Shown here piece by piece: positions 42,986 to 56,725 of a DNA stretch of 64,000 nt. The position numbers were made by a program, and so were the translations under genes. Source of the DNA: Macrostomum hystrix (Eukaryota; Animalia; Platyhelminthes); the NCBI GenBank assembly GCA_950097015.1, contig CATNEN010000003.1, forward strand, positions 2,542,001 to 2,606,000, in the 5' to 3' direction. The first letter of the stretch is position 1. Each line of letters starts with the position of its first letter. The notes under the pieces are model-generated. The model was not told the DNA's origin. It searched no databases and worked only from the letters and a program-made list of their open reading frames with translations.

Positions 42986-43975
42986 AAGTCAATAAGTACC
43001 ACAAAAGTATATATAAAGATCTTCAGTGTGCGTGCTGTTGAGAACAGCAAATATATTTATAATAAATTATTAAATATGTGAACGCGCAAAACACTACTGC
43101 CAGTACAGTAACGCACATATATGTTCGGTGTCGAAAAACTATTAGTTTTGTGTGCTAATACGTAAAATACTGTCTCTTTATAACAAAAATTCATAATGTA
43201 ATATTTGTTATAAATTCTACGAATATTTATTACGTTTAGATCAAGTGATGACATCCAACTAGCGCACGAATTTCAAGCTAAAAAATAATTCCAATATATC
43301 GTCAAGTGACATCATCCCCCAAAAGGCCGCATGTCATCAAGGTCGAGTGACATCATGCCCAGTGGGGCCAAATGCGATCAAGGTCAAGTCGATCAAGGTC
43401 AAGTGACATCCGAAGTTTTACGAGTCGAAGTTAATTTTATTTTATTTGTTGTCATAAAATTTCTATACAGCATTTAATGGCCCAAAGCTTGTCTAGTTTA
43501 CAGCATACATATTTTTACTTCTCTACTGTGAAGACAATTCCAGAAAACAATGATGGCGGGTTAATTAAAATTTTACTCCTTCATCATAAGATTAATCGGA
43601 TGAATTTTATTAGCCATTTTTTGTTTTGTCCAAATAGTGTTGAAAAGCTTCAATCAAGCCAGATTCTATATAAATATTTTGTTATACTTATTTTTCGATG
43701 TTGCTGTGACATAAAATCAGTACCGTTGTATTTAATTGTAACATTATTTATACACTCGCGATGTTAATTTCCGAATTGTTTGGTAATATAAATTATACAC
43801 AAAATTCCATATTTCATGGAGTATTTTACTTAGCAATTTTTACTAACAATCGTCAATTATAAAATTATATCATTTTTTGCTTCTAGCAGTCTTAAAACTT
43901 AAAGATAACAAAAGAATTCCTTTCAGATGTGAATTCTAGGAAAACTAAAATTTCAGATGATAATTCTTGCATCTG

Positions 43976-44455
43976 CATCACTGACCCTCTCCCTAACCCT
44001 GAAATCGCTGTCACTCAGTGTACATCACTGACCCTCTCTCCCTAACCCTGAAATCGCTGTCACTCAGTGTACATCACTGACCCTCTCTCCCTAACCCTGA
44101 AATCGCTGTCACTCAGTGTACATCACTGACCCTCTCTCCCTAACCCTGAAATCGCTGTCACTCAGTGTACATCACTGACCCTCTCTCCCTAACCCTGAAA
44201 TCGCTGTCACTCAGTGTACATCACTGACCCTCTCTCCCTAACCCTGAAGTCGCTGTCACTCAGTGTACATCACTGACCCTCTCTCCCTAACCCTGAAATC
44301 GCTGTCACTCAATGTACGTCACTGACCCTCTCTCCCTAACCCTGAAGTCGCTGTCACTCAGTGCACATCACTGACCCTCTCCATAACCATGGTATTGCTG
44401 TCACTAAATGTACATCGTTGATCCTCTCTCTCTAGCCATAATATCGCTTTCACTT
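43976..44455. repeat. 49-bp minisatellite (catcactgaccctctctccctaaccctgaaatcgctgtcactcagtgta)
   Basis: About 9-10 copies in the klu-Rab8 intergenic region. Confidence 0.93.
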
Positions 44456-45459
44456 AATGCAAATAAAAATGATAAGTTATTTAAATACTATATATAGATA
44501 GATAAAGAAAAACATGACAATTATTTTCCCATCGCTAGGAAACGAAGCCGAGAAATACCAAGAAAGTCAAATTTAACACATTTAAAACGAAATGTTTGTT
44601 ATAAATAATGAAACTATAAAAGGAAGTTAAATCTTTTAAAAGACATTCTTCATTAAACAAAATTTTATTTGCATTTTAGTGCTCAAGCACTTTACAAAAA
44701 TCACATCGAACTCTGAGTAACGAATGTTGGTAAAATACAATTCCAAAATAATCAAAGCATAATTTCTGCAAAGCCAAGCCTTTATTGCTGATAAAATCAA
44801 GTTTAATGAACAATAAGTTATACTTTTTTTCTAAAAGTTTAGATTGTCAAAGATACTATTTACAAGCAAGCGTTGAAAACGGCCTTTATAAAAATACAAA
44901 ATAAAAAATGTTAATCATTGATAAATCAATAAAAATACTATTTCTTAATCTACAGAATACTAATCACGGGCAAGATTTTGATTAATACAACTTAAAAAAA
45001 CAAAAATTCAAACAATTACCGATTGTAAATGTTTTTCGATTTAAGATTGATTCTGATAAAACTACTAGCAGTAGTCAAGAATATTTAATGATAGCAAGCG
45101 TTTGCAAATTAGTAAAAAATTGAGGGAAGATATTTTTAATATCCACGAATGCAATACTTACTTGATTATAGGCGCAACAGTACAAATGGACAAACAATTG
45201 CTAGATTACAAGCATCCTACAAATAAATAAGCGATGGAAATTGCACAGGACTATTATAAGCATTTTAGAGGCAATTAGACCACACTTAAGAGAAAACTTC
45301 AATAATTTTGTTTCTTATGCGCAATGATGTGTAAGTAAATCAATAAGTTCGTAAACTCAGTCCGATAATCAATCCTACAATTGCTTTAAGCAATAGTAAA
45401 AAAATCACAAAACATATTTCAAAAATACCCTATTGGATTTCAGCAATCTGATTTTATAT

Positions 45460-46010
45460 TTAATTTCTTGATTTCAAGAATTTTTTGGATTAAAGTAAAA
45501 AGTTTTTAATTTCTGGAATCCCAGATTCTGATTTCAAGAATCCCAGATTCTGATTTCAGGAATCCCAGATTCTGATTCCAGGAATCCCAGATTCTGATTC
45601 AAAGAATCCCAGATTCTGATTTCAAGAATCCCAGATTCTGATTCCAGGAATCCCAGATTCTGATTCAAAGAATCCCAGATTCTGATTCAAAGAATCCCAG
45701 ATTCTGATTCCAGGAATCCAAGATTCTGATTTCAAGAATCCCAGATTCTGATGTCAGGAATCCCAGATTCTGATTTCAGGAATCCCAGATTCTGATTCCA
45801 GGAGTCCAAGATTCTGATTCCAGGAATCCAAGATTCTGATTTCAAGAATCCCAGATTCTGATGTCAGGAATCCCAGATTCTGATTTCAGGAATCCCAGAT
45901 TCTGATTCCAGGAGTCCAAGATTCTGATTTCAGGAGTCTCAGATTCAGTTTTAGGAGTCCCAGCACAGATTCTGATTTCAGGAATCCCAGATTCTGATTT
46001 CAAGAATCTC
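45460..46010. repeat. 22-bp minisatellite (gaatcccagattctgatttcaa)
   Basis: About 23 copies downstream of the Rab8 stop. Confidence 0.92.
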
Positions 46011-46187
46011 ATATCATTTGTCCTTCAGCTTTCACTTTATACACTAGAGGCGAATGAAACAAAGTCGAAATCAAATAACAACAAATGCAGCGGAATCATG
46101 AAGAAAAAAACTATCGATTAGTTGAAAAGGAAAAAATGAAAAGCAACAAAGCCGAGAAATTGTTTTACAAAATAGAAATTCCTTTTC

Positions 46188-48709
46188 CTACAAAATTTCA
46201 CAGCGAAACTTTTTGCCGCCACCGCCACGCTGGCGACCCTTGCCGCCGCCCTGGTCCGCGGAGCCGACGCCCGAAGCCAGCCCTGAGGACAGGCCCGGGC
46301 CAGCTCGCTTACCGTCCAGCTTTGACTTGACGTCCTTGGCCAGCAGGAAGAAAGCTTCTTCTACGTTGGTGCCCGACTTTGCCGAAGTTTCTAAGAAACG
46401 CAGCTGATACTCGGTAGCCAGCTGTGATTGGACAGGTGCTTGGCAATGGATTGCTAGTCTAGCCTCTCAGTGATGGAATGGATTTCTAGTCTAGCCTCTC
46501 AGTGTGTGAAGGAACAGAATGGATTGCTAGTCTAGCCTCTCAGTGGATGAAGGAACAGAATGGATTGCTAGTCTAGCCTCTCAGTGGATGAAGGAACAGA
46601 ATGGATTGCTAGTCTAGCCTCTCAGTGGATGAAGGAACAGAATGGATTGCTAGTCTAGCCTCTCAGTAATGGAATGGATTGCTAGTCTAGCCTCTCAGTG
46701 ATGGAATGGATTGCTAGTCTAGCCTCTCAGTAATGGAATGGATTGCTAGTCTAGCCTCTCAGTGATGGCATGGATTGCTAGTCTAGCCTCTCAGTGATGG
46801 CATGGATTGCTAGTCTAGCCTCTCAGTAATGGAATGGATTGCTAGTCTAGCCTCTCAGTAATGGCATGGATTGCTAGTCTAGCCTCTCAGTGATGGCATG
46901 GATTGCTAGTCTAGCCTCTCAGTGATGGCATGGATTGCTAGTCTAGCCTCTCAGTGATGGCATGGATTGCTAGTCTAGCCTCTCAGTGATGGCATGGATT
47001 GCTAGTCTAGCCTCTCAGTGATGGAATGGATTGCTAGTCTAGCCTCTCAGTAATGGAATGGATTGCTAGTCTAGCCTCTCAGTAATGGAATGGATTGCTA
47101 GTCTAGCCTCTCAGTGACATGGCATGGATTGCTAGTCTAGCCTCTCAGTGATGGCATGGATTGCTAGTCTAGCCTCTCAGTGATGGAATGGATTGCTAGT
47201 CTAGCCTCTCAGTAATGGCATGGATTGCTAGTCTAGCCTCTCAGTGATGGCATGGATTGCTAGTCTAGCCTCTCAGTGATGGCATGGATTGCTAGTCTAG
47301 CCTCTCAGTGATGGCATGGATTGCTAGTCTAGCCTCTCAGTAATGGCATGGATTGCTAGTCTAGCCTCTCAGCCATAGAGTGGATTGCTAGTCTAGCCTC
47401 TCAGCCATAGAGTGGATTGCTAGTCCAGCCTCTCAGTAATGGAATGGATTGCTAGTCTAGCCTCTCAGTAATGGCATGGATTGCTAGTCTAGCCTCTCAG
47501 TGATGGAATGGATTGCTAGTCCAGCCTCTCAGTCATGGAGTGGATTGCTAGTCTAGCCTCTCAGCCATAGAGTGGATTGCTAGTCTAGCCTCTCAGTGAA
47601 TGAAGGCCACTCCTCACCTTGGCTCCTTGGTCAGTGGTGACCACTCTCCTGTCAGGCATGTCGCACTTGTTAGCCAGCAGCATACGCTCCACATCTGTGC
47701 TGGCGTGCTCGTTAATGTTGCCAATCCAGGTGCGAATGTTTTGGAAAGATTTCTGACTGGTCACATCATAGACTAGAACTATGCCCATTGCACCACGATA
47801 ATAGGCTGTTGTGATGGTGCGAAATCTTTCTTGGCCTGCTGTGTCCCTAGAGAAATGTATTATTTCTTATAAATATATTATAAGAATATATTATATTATT
47901 CTTATAAATAAATATATTATTTAAATTCTTAAAAAATAAATATATTATTTATTTTATTTTAGCATAATTTCAGCATCAGCATATTTTGTAGCTATGATTG
48001 ACACTTACTTTGTAGACTTTGTAGATAATCAAGAGATTAAGCAACTCACCAAATTTGCAATTTCACTCTTTTGCCATCCAGGTCAATGGTGCGCACTTTG
48101 AAGTCGATGCCTTAGAAAAATATGTTTAGTACAAAAATATTAGCTAGTTGACTGTTCTCGATGTAGAAATGTTAGAATTTTGGCTTGTAAGTAAACAATA
48201 GCTAAATTATTTTTATGTTACTTTTTATTGTTTTATATTAAACAGGTTATATAAGCTTAAAAAAGGTTTTAAATGACCCTGAATTTTTTCTTAACAAATA
48301 GACTCTATTTTTATAACTTTATTTTAATTAGATTTTTACTATAAATGTATTACAGAAGCTATATTTTTTATAACCCAATTAGCAATAGCTATTAGATCAT
48401 GTATTTTGTCATCAATAAAAATGTAACACCTTTAGCTATAAAATCTTAGCACTTTTTATAAATTTGTTCACTAATGTGCTTTATTAAAATACACAAAAAA
48501 GCTAAAATATAAGTTAAAAGCATACCTGACACTAATAATTATATTATTAATCAGCTTTATTACATGAACAGATAAATAAACCTACCAATTGTCGAGATAA
48601 ATGTTGGAGAAAAGTTATCCTCTGCAAAACGAATTAGCAGACTTGTTTTTCCAACGCCACTGTCACCTATCAAAAGTAGCTTAAATAGATAATCATAAGC
48701 TCGAGCCAT
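46188..48709 (-). CDS. Rab8: Rab8-like small GTPase, 215 aa; exons 48586-48709, 48050-48110, 47618-47846, 46188-46421
   Basis: [64 protein letters not shown], and a C-terminal CaaX (CEIL*) as in Rab8/13. GT-AG introns with consistent phases. Confidence 0.93.
46445..47606 (-). repeat. Same GCTAG-A-CTAGC minisatellite family (32-bp and 41-bp units) filling Rab8 intron 3
   Basis: Reverse complement of the 37-41 kb unit. Covers nearly all of intron 46422-47617. Confidence 0.95.
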
Positions 48710-50289
48710 TCGTATTCTTACAATGCAATAGCCTTATTGTTTACTACTATCCTAAGGCTAAGCCACTCAATTATATCTGTAGCTCAATCGGTATTTTACT
48801 TATGAAACTTGTATAAACAGTGGACAAAGAAATTAGTGAATTTTTTGTATCTTAGACTGTTAATAATTGTGTGACTGTTACGAAAAACCGCTTCTTTAGT
48901 ACTTCTGATCAATGCCAATATAAAATAAAATACAACGCTAGATTAAATTCCAGATACGGTGGTGCACTATTTAGTAAATAAATTAGGCTGCAGAAATTTT
49001 ATATAATTTATTGCTATGGATAAACTAGTGTAGTCACTAGTCACGACTTATATTATGTCAAAATTATATGTCAAATTATATCAAATTATTTACTTTCAGA
49101 ATTTCGTGTAAAACCGCATTTTAAATACAGTGCGAAAAGTAATTTCGCATATGTAAAACACGTAAAAAACGAGATGAAAATAATCGGTAAATGTTCGAAA
49201 TTGTTGATAATAATTTACTTATTTGGGAATATTTTGCAGTACACACTTTTCAAAAATGGTTATTGTGAAGCATTTTTAATTGTTTCTGCTTACATTGTTA
49301 ACCAGAGCTATGCTTTACAAGCATATGTTTTCACAGGACCTCAAAACGTGAGCTTAAGATCACAAACACTTAATTAGTCTGACTTGGCCTTCAACACTCA
49401 TTTATAAAAAAATAATCAGATAGGATAAAGCAGAGTGGGGCTGTGGACGACGCCACTTTACATAAAAAAGATAGATTAGTTAGCAGAGTAGAATCTCTAA
49501 ATTACAATAAATTACTGTCACTAAATACGTTAAGTAGAAACACGTGCCTTCAAAACAGTTAAGTACAGTAGGCGCAGTGATTTGGTCTTGATTCACTCTA
49601 TTCTCTAGAATACTTGCTTTGTACTTTATATTTTTGCACATTACATGCGCATGTAAATTTTCGGTTTCAAAGCTGACGTGTGACAAGCATAAATAATTAT
49701 CTGCATGTGATGATTTTATAGGAAATGTACGCAGGACAATATTCGATATTTTACCGTAGTAACTACAAGTATTTATTTCAGCTGCGAAAAAAACTCCAGC
49801 CTTCCGGCTGTAGAAAGAAATGATAGTCTAACACATTCCATGCGTGCAAGAAGAGGATGAGCGATCCCTAAAAGCCAAAAAGTATGATGGCAATAGATAG
49901 CGCAAAATAACTTGCAGTTAACAACTAATACTTTTACTCGTAGAAGCACTAACGAGCGTCTCCACACCTCTAATATGCAATTGCTTAGACGACCTGCTGA
50001 CAGACGCACAGCATTTAGACGGACTCATTTTAGTTCTGATAATTTGTTAAGTTTGAATCAACATGGCAATTAGTTGCTAAGCGACTCAATTAGCTTTCGT
50101 TTTGATAAAAAAGATGACGACATTTATGAAATTAACTCCCATAATCTGCATAATGCATGCAGATTATCTAATGGGTGCTAGAGAATTCTGATGCAGATGT
50201 ATAAACTTCGTATTAACAATTTTCTGCAAGCAAAGCCACGCAGCAGATTCCATCAAAACTTATCTAGCCTCTTGCATGCATGGAACTCT

Positions 50290-50886
50290 TGGATGTAATG
50301 GAATGGATTGCTAGTCTAGCCTCTTGGCTGGAATGGATTGCTAGTCTAGCCTCTTGGCTGGAATGGATTGCTAGTCTAAACTCTTGGATGGAATGGAATG
50401 GATTGCTAGTCTAGCCTCTTGGCTGGAATGGATTGCTAGTCTAGCCTTTTGGTTGGAATGGATTGCTAGTCTAGCCTCTTGGTTGGAATGGATTGCTAGT
50501 CTGCCTCTTGGTTGGAATGGATTGCTAGTCTAGCCTCTTGGTTGGAATGGATTGCTAGTCTAGCCTCTTGGTTGGAATGGATTGCTAGTCTAGCCTCTTG
50601 GTTGGAATGGATTGCTAGTCTAAACTCTTGGATGGAATGGATTGCTAGTCTAGCCTCTTGGCTGGAATGGATTGCTAGTCTAGCCTCTTGGTTGGAATGG
50701 ATTGCTAGTCTAGACTCTTGGATGGAATGGAATGGATTGCTAGTCTAGCCTCATGGATGTAAGGGATTGCTAGTCTAGCCTCAGGATGGAATGGAATGGA
50801 TTGCTAGCCTAGCCTCATGGATGGAATGTAATGGATTGCTAGTCTAGCCTCATGGATGGAATGGAATGGATTGCTAGTCTAGCCTC
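50290..50886 (-). repeat. 30/35-bp variant of the same family (gaatggattgctagtctagcctcttggttg)
   Basis: About 18 copies sharing the 23-bp core, with a different linker. Confidence 0.93.
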
Positions 50887-51884
50887 TTAGATCTGAATCC
50901 TGAATCTCATCACAAAATATCTAAATAAGTCAATAAACGTTAAATTGGACATCTTGCGGGCTATGTCCTGATTTTGAAGACCGAGAAAAACATTAGAAAA
51001 TGAGTCTTTCTGCGTAAACACTTTTTCAGTCGAAATGATAGATTGCAGAAAGAAAATCAATACGCTGTTACCGAATTTCAAGGATTTAATCAGCAAGAAA
51101 GTGTCTTAAAAACAGAATATCGTTTGTATGTACCTCGAGCCTTGTAAAGTCGATTTTGATGGCACTATATTTTTGGACTGCATTCCGCTGCGCAAAGCTG
51201 TCAATCATGTGTCACGGCAGCAGATCAAAGAAGTGACGGATCTCACTCTCAGTCATAAAACTGTTGCCCAACGCAATGGCCTTCACCGCTCCCTTAAACA
51301 GGTGTGGATTGCCAGTTCGTTTGCCAAAGCGAAAGCAGTTTGCAGACGGAAAGGTCGTGACCAAACTCGTGGGGTCGTTTGTTCACGAAAAGACCCCACG
51401 AGTTAGCTGAAGCGCTCACTGAGCGCATAGCCAGTATTCACCCACTCGGTTGAGTTTGCGGTCAGTAGAGCCGTGAGACTTTTGGCAATCAGAAAATTAT
51501 TGCTGAATTCATCCTTGTGCACAATATAGAGTTTACAAGCGGAGTCATACTCCCAGAAGTGACTGTAAATTCTAGTATCGAGTCTGAGCAGCTCAGAAAT
51601 TCAAGGAACGCTTGCACCTGAGGCGTTCTTCTCATCCTAGAAGAAGCCGGCGACACAAGGACCGGAAGTTGAAGAGGCTACACTGGAGTGCGCTGGTCCT
51701 GAACTGCGCCACCAACAAACCGAAGCTCTTCGATACCTCTGCGGTGCAGTGGATTTCGCTTCTCGCCTGCAGGGTCACGAATGCGCTCGACTCAGGCAGG
51801 CACTGCAACCGCATCTGGGTCCAGGTGTTTGCTGAACAGCACAGACAGGTGGTCAGACAAACCAGCATCTGTAGGACTGGTTAA

Positions 51885-53034
51885 TTGGTTTCAATCGTTC
51901 GAGACTTAAAAAGACAGCGGCGGACTCCACGTCTATCTGACGGCGAACCACGCACTCTCAATCTCACCCAGCGCTACAAAATCATCATCCCCTCGAGGGA
52001 AGACGCTAAGCTAACGACCACTGGAACCACCAGGAGGTCCACTAGCTGCTATACGGACGGATCCCTTAAAGACGGCCTTGCCGGCTTTGGGGTCTGCATC
52101 CTGATCAACGGCCGCGTCGTCGCCACGCATGCCCAACATACTGGGAGACTTTCTACGGTCTTCCAGAATGAAATCCTTGCCATCAGCTCCTGTGCCGCAG
52201 AGCTGAATGCCTGGAACACGAGAGGAGAGACTATCATCATCCACTCTGACAGCCAAGCGGCCTTACAAGCCCTTTGCCGCGCCACCTCGTGCTCCCGGAC
52301 AGTCGCTGACTGTGCCCGCGGCAACTCAACCTCCTGGCACGTAACAACACGGTCAGGCTGAGCTGGATCCCAGGGCATGCGGGCTTCCCAGGGAACGAGC
52401 TTGCGGATACCCTTGCCAAGCAGGGTGGCTCTGGCTCTCTCCTGGGTCCTGCTCCCCTGGTCCCGATCCCCATCACGGTCATCAACCGCCTCATTGATGA
52501 CTGGGCTGAGTCCCCTCCACAGGGACAGATGGGCGGGCACATAGAACTGTCGGCAATCCCGTGCCGCAGTTCCGCGCCCGTCTCGCAGGCTTAGGAACAT
52601 CCCTTTGAACCAAAACCGGAAGGATATCCGCGACATCGCCATGACCCTCACGGGCCACGGCTACCTCGCTAGGCACTGTTTCCTCCGGGGCGACCTTAAG
52701 AGTGCCCCTCTGCCCATTCTGTGAGTACGACAACGAAGATGCTGAGCACTTTGTGTGTCACTGCCCTTTCTTTAACAGAGACCGGCTACACTACCTCGGG
52801 CCCAACCCGTCTATGGACGAGATTTGCCAGCCCGACAGCATTCCACGGCTCGTCCAGTTCCTCCGGACAACAAGACAAGCCTTCTCTACGGAAGACAACG
52901 CTGCAGGACGGACCGGCGGACCACCCTGACGGGCCTCGCGCCCTCGCCTGTCTGCGGGCCTACAGGGATTAGAGGTATGGGCGATCCTCGCCTCCCCGCT
53001 GTGTCCATGGACCACCCTGCAGCTAAGTAAGTAA
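51885..53034 (+). mobile_element. 5'-truncated, decayed non-LTR retrotransposon (RNase H + CCHC region; I/R1/Loa-group-like)
   Basis: CYTDGS, TVFQNEILAI and IHSDSQAALQAL, then after a frameshift near 52320 WIPGHAGFPGNELADTLAKQG. In-frame TAG near 52542, LTGHGYLARH, then after another frameshift CPFC...EHFVCHCP. 3' (TAAG)n tail at about 53024-53034. The 5' boundary is approximate. Confidence 0.88.
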
Positions 53035-53037
53035 GGC

Positions 53038-54235
53038 AGGAGTGACACATATGAGCTGGGAGTTGGTCTGTAGGAGTGACACCTAGGAGCTGGGAGTTGG
53101 TCTGTAGGAGTGACACCTATGAGCTGGGAGTTGGTCTGTAGGAGTGACACCTAGGAGCTGGGAGTTGGTCTGTAGGAGTGACACCTATGAGCTGGGAGTT
53201 GGTCTGTAGGAGTGACACCTAGGAGCTGGGAGTTGGTCTGTAGGAGTGACACCTATGAGCTGGGAGTTGGTCTGTAGGAGTGACACCTATGAGCTGGGAG
53301 TTGGTCTGTAGGAGTGACACCTAGGAGCTGGGAGTTGGTCTGTAGGAGTGACACCTAGGAGCTGGGAGTTGGTCTGTAGGAGTGACACCTAGGAGCTGGG
53401 AGTTGGTCTGTAGGAGTGACACCTAGGAGCTGGGAGTTGGTCTGTAGGAGTGACACCTAGGAGCTGGGAGTTGGTCTGTAGGAGTGACACCTAGGAGCTG
53501 GGAGTTGGTCTGTAGGAGTGACACCTAGGAGCTGGGAGTTGGTCTGTAGGAGTGACACCTAGGAGCTGGGAGTTGGTCTGTAGGAGTGACACCTAGGAGC
53601 TGGGAGTTGGTCTGTAGGAGTGACACCTATGAGCTGGGAGTTGGTCTGTAGGAGTGACACCTAGGAGCTGGGAGTTGGTCTGTAGGAGTGACACCTAGGA
53701 GCTGGGAGTTGGTCTGTAGGAGTGACACCTAGGAGCTGGGAGTTGGTCTGTAGGAGTGACACCTAGGAGCTGGGAGTTGGTCTGTAGGAGTGACACCTAG
53801 GAGCTGGGAGTTGGTCTGTAGGAGTGACACCAATGAGCTGGGAGTTGGTCTGTAGGAGTGACACCTAGGAGCTGGGAGTTGGTCTGTAGGAGTGACACCT
53901 AGGAGCTGGGAGTTGGTCTGTAGGAGTGACACCTATGAGCTGGGAGTTGGTCTGTAGGAGTGACACCTAGGAGCTGGGAGTTGGTCTGTAGGAGTGACAC
54001 CTAGGAGCTGGGAGTTGGTCTGTAGGAGTGACACCTAGGAGCTGGGAGTTGGTCTGTAGGAGTGACACCTAGGAGCTGGGAGTTGGTCTGTAGGAGTGAC
54101 ACCTAGGAGCTGGGAGTTGGTCTGTAGGAGTGACACCTAGGAGCTGGGAGTTGGTCTGTAGGAGTGACACCTAGGAGCTGGGAGTTGGTCTGTAGGAGTG
54201 ACACCAATGAGCTGGGAGTTGGTCTGTAGGAGTGA
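53038..54235. repeat. 34-bp minisatellite (ggagtgacacctaggagctgggagttggtctgta)
   Basis: About 35 near-identical copies abutting the LINE tail. Confidence 0.96.
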
Positions 54236-54323
54236 ACAATAAGCTTTTTCTCTACACAAGCCTTGGTGCTAAAACAGGCTATTAACCTATAGCACATTGG
54301 GGTATATATTTTACCTCAAATAA

Positions 54324-54430
54324 CTGTAGCCTAGTAGTTAGAGAGCGTCGAACTCACCACTTAAAGGTCAGGGGTTCGATTCTTGATCAGCCTTCAGATG
54401 CGGCGCGCAATAGCTGCGGCTGTGCTGTCT
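54324..54430 (+). mobile_element. SINE family A, internally deleted copy
   Basis: tgtagcctagtagttagagagcgtcgaactcaccacttaaaggtcaggggttcgattc joined to ccttcagatgc...gtgctgtc. Confidence 0.72.
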
Positions 54431-55465
54431 ACTTTTGTATAGTAAAAAATAGATCAACAACTTTTAAATAGGCACTAAAATAGGGTTTTATATTTCGGGT
54501 TTTATATTTCGGCCACCGTAAACAAAACACATTACGCGAACGCGAATCGTGAAAACCGGCCCAAGGACGAGGAAGAGAGCTGCATCAATGATGTATTTAT
54601 GATCATGCGAAACAGAATAGCAATAATCGTTTATAGTGAATATCATAGCACTGCACTCAATACGCTTAATGAACACAAAAAAGGGAAATAAATTATCCTT
54701 ATCACGAGCGAATTAATATTAATCCAGAAAAATGACAGAGTAATCGAACTAGCAAATCGTGAGCGAACACAGATTTTCGAGCGAAACTTCAACGTATAGA
54801 AAAAAGAAACAAATTTAAAGCAGAAAATATTGAAATAAAAACGAAGGAAATCATAGAAAATCAAATCATCACTTATAACAAAAGTTATAGAATGCCCTCT
54901 AATACAATTAAACAAACAAAACGCAAATAAAACTGGTTAACTTTTATTCTGATCTGCGCCAATTTTAATGTTTCATTGTCCATATTTAAGCGAGATCCGA
55001 TATAAAGATATTTTAAATTAAAAACAGTCAAACAAAAGCCGCTTGTGTGTTCGTGTGTACGCAAAAAAAGAAAGCAAAATTAAACAAATGAATTGCTTTG
55101 TTATAGTGAACTAGGCGGCAAATGATAATGGACAAATGAGCGCATGATTAGGAGGCAGAAAAAAAATAATGAAAAAAGTTACAGGTTGGCATGCAAACAA
55201 ATATAGAGGCAATCAAAAATACACATCAGTTTCAGTGATAAAAATGTTTCAAAACATGCAATGCTAAAACAATAATGAATGGAATATTGCCTAGACCTCG
55301 ATTAATAAAATTGGAACAACTTTATTTTGAAAACATTAACGGAGCGAACCTTGAATGCATTGAAATAAGACGTGGTAACCCTGAGCACACAATCAATGCA
55401 CAATAAAAACACTCGAGCTTCTGCACGCTTTAGCTACCTGACGCTGCGTCCCTGCAAGGTCACTG

Positions 55466-56725
55466 ACTGCAGATTAACAAATTTAATAACTTATCCCATG
55501 GCTATCCAACTGCAGATTAACAAACTCAAATCCTAATCTAATGTCTGTCCAACTGCAGATTAACAACCTCAAATCCTAATCCAATGGCTATCCAACTGCA
55601 GATTAACAACCTCAAATCCTAATCCAATGGCTATGCAACTGCAGATTAACAACCTCAAATCCTAATCCAATGGCTATGCAACTGCAGATTAACAACCTCA
55701 AATCCTAATCCAATGGCTATCCAACTGCAGATTAACAACCTCAAATCCTAATCCAATGGCTATGCAACTGCAGATTAACAACCTCAAATCCTAATCAAAT
55801 GGCTATCCAACTGCAGATTAACAACCTCAAATCCTAATCCAATGGCTATGCAACTGCAGATTAACAACCTCAAATCCTAATCCAATGGCTATGCAACTGC
55901 AGATTAACAACCTCAAATCCTAATCCAATGGCTATCCAACTGCAGATTAACAAACTCAAATCCTAATCCAATGGCTATCCAACTGCAGATTAACAACCTC
56001 AAATCCTTATCCAATGGCTATCCAACTGCAGATTAACAAACTCAAATCCTAATTCAATAGCTGTCCAACTGCAGATTAACAAATTAATACTTATCCAATG
56101 GCTATCCAACTGCAGATTAACAAATTTAATACTTATCCCATGGCTATCCAACTGCAGATTAACAACCTCAAATCCTAATCCAATGGCTATCCAACTGCAG
56201 ATTAACAAACTCAAATCCTAATCCAATGGCTATCCAACTGCAGATTAACAACCTCAAATCCTTATCCAATGGCTATCCAACTGCAGATTAACAAACTCAA
56301 ATCCTAATTCAATAGCTGTCCAACTGCAGATTAACAAATTAATACTTATCCAATGGCTGTCCAACTGCAGATTAACAAACTCAAATCCTAATTCAATGGC
56401 TATCCAACTGCAGATTAACAAACTCAAATCCTAATCCAATGTCTGTCCAACTGCAGATTAACAAACTCAAATCCTAATCCAATGTCTGTCCAACTGCAGA
56501 TTAACAAACTCAAATCCTAATTCAATGGCTATCCAACTGCAGATTAACAAACTCAAATCCTAATCCAATGTCTGTCCAACTGCAGATTAACAAACTCAAA
56601 TCCTAATCCAATGTCTGTCCAACTGCAGATTAACAAACTCAAATCCTAATCCAATGTCTGTCCAACTGCAGATTAACAAACTCAAATCCTAATCCAATGT
56701 CTGTCCAACTGCAGATTAACAAACC
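55466..56725. repeat. 43-bp minisatellite (ccaactgcagattaacaacctcaaatcctaatccaatggctat)
   Basis: About 29 copies. Confidence 0.95.

Noticed and set aside
43976-44455. Telomeric repeat (ccctaaccct) signal; also the ttagga-like hexamers at 16.5 kb
   Set aside because: Under two telomere units per 49-mer, and the hexamers are not TTAGGG. Both are interstitial minisatellites.
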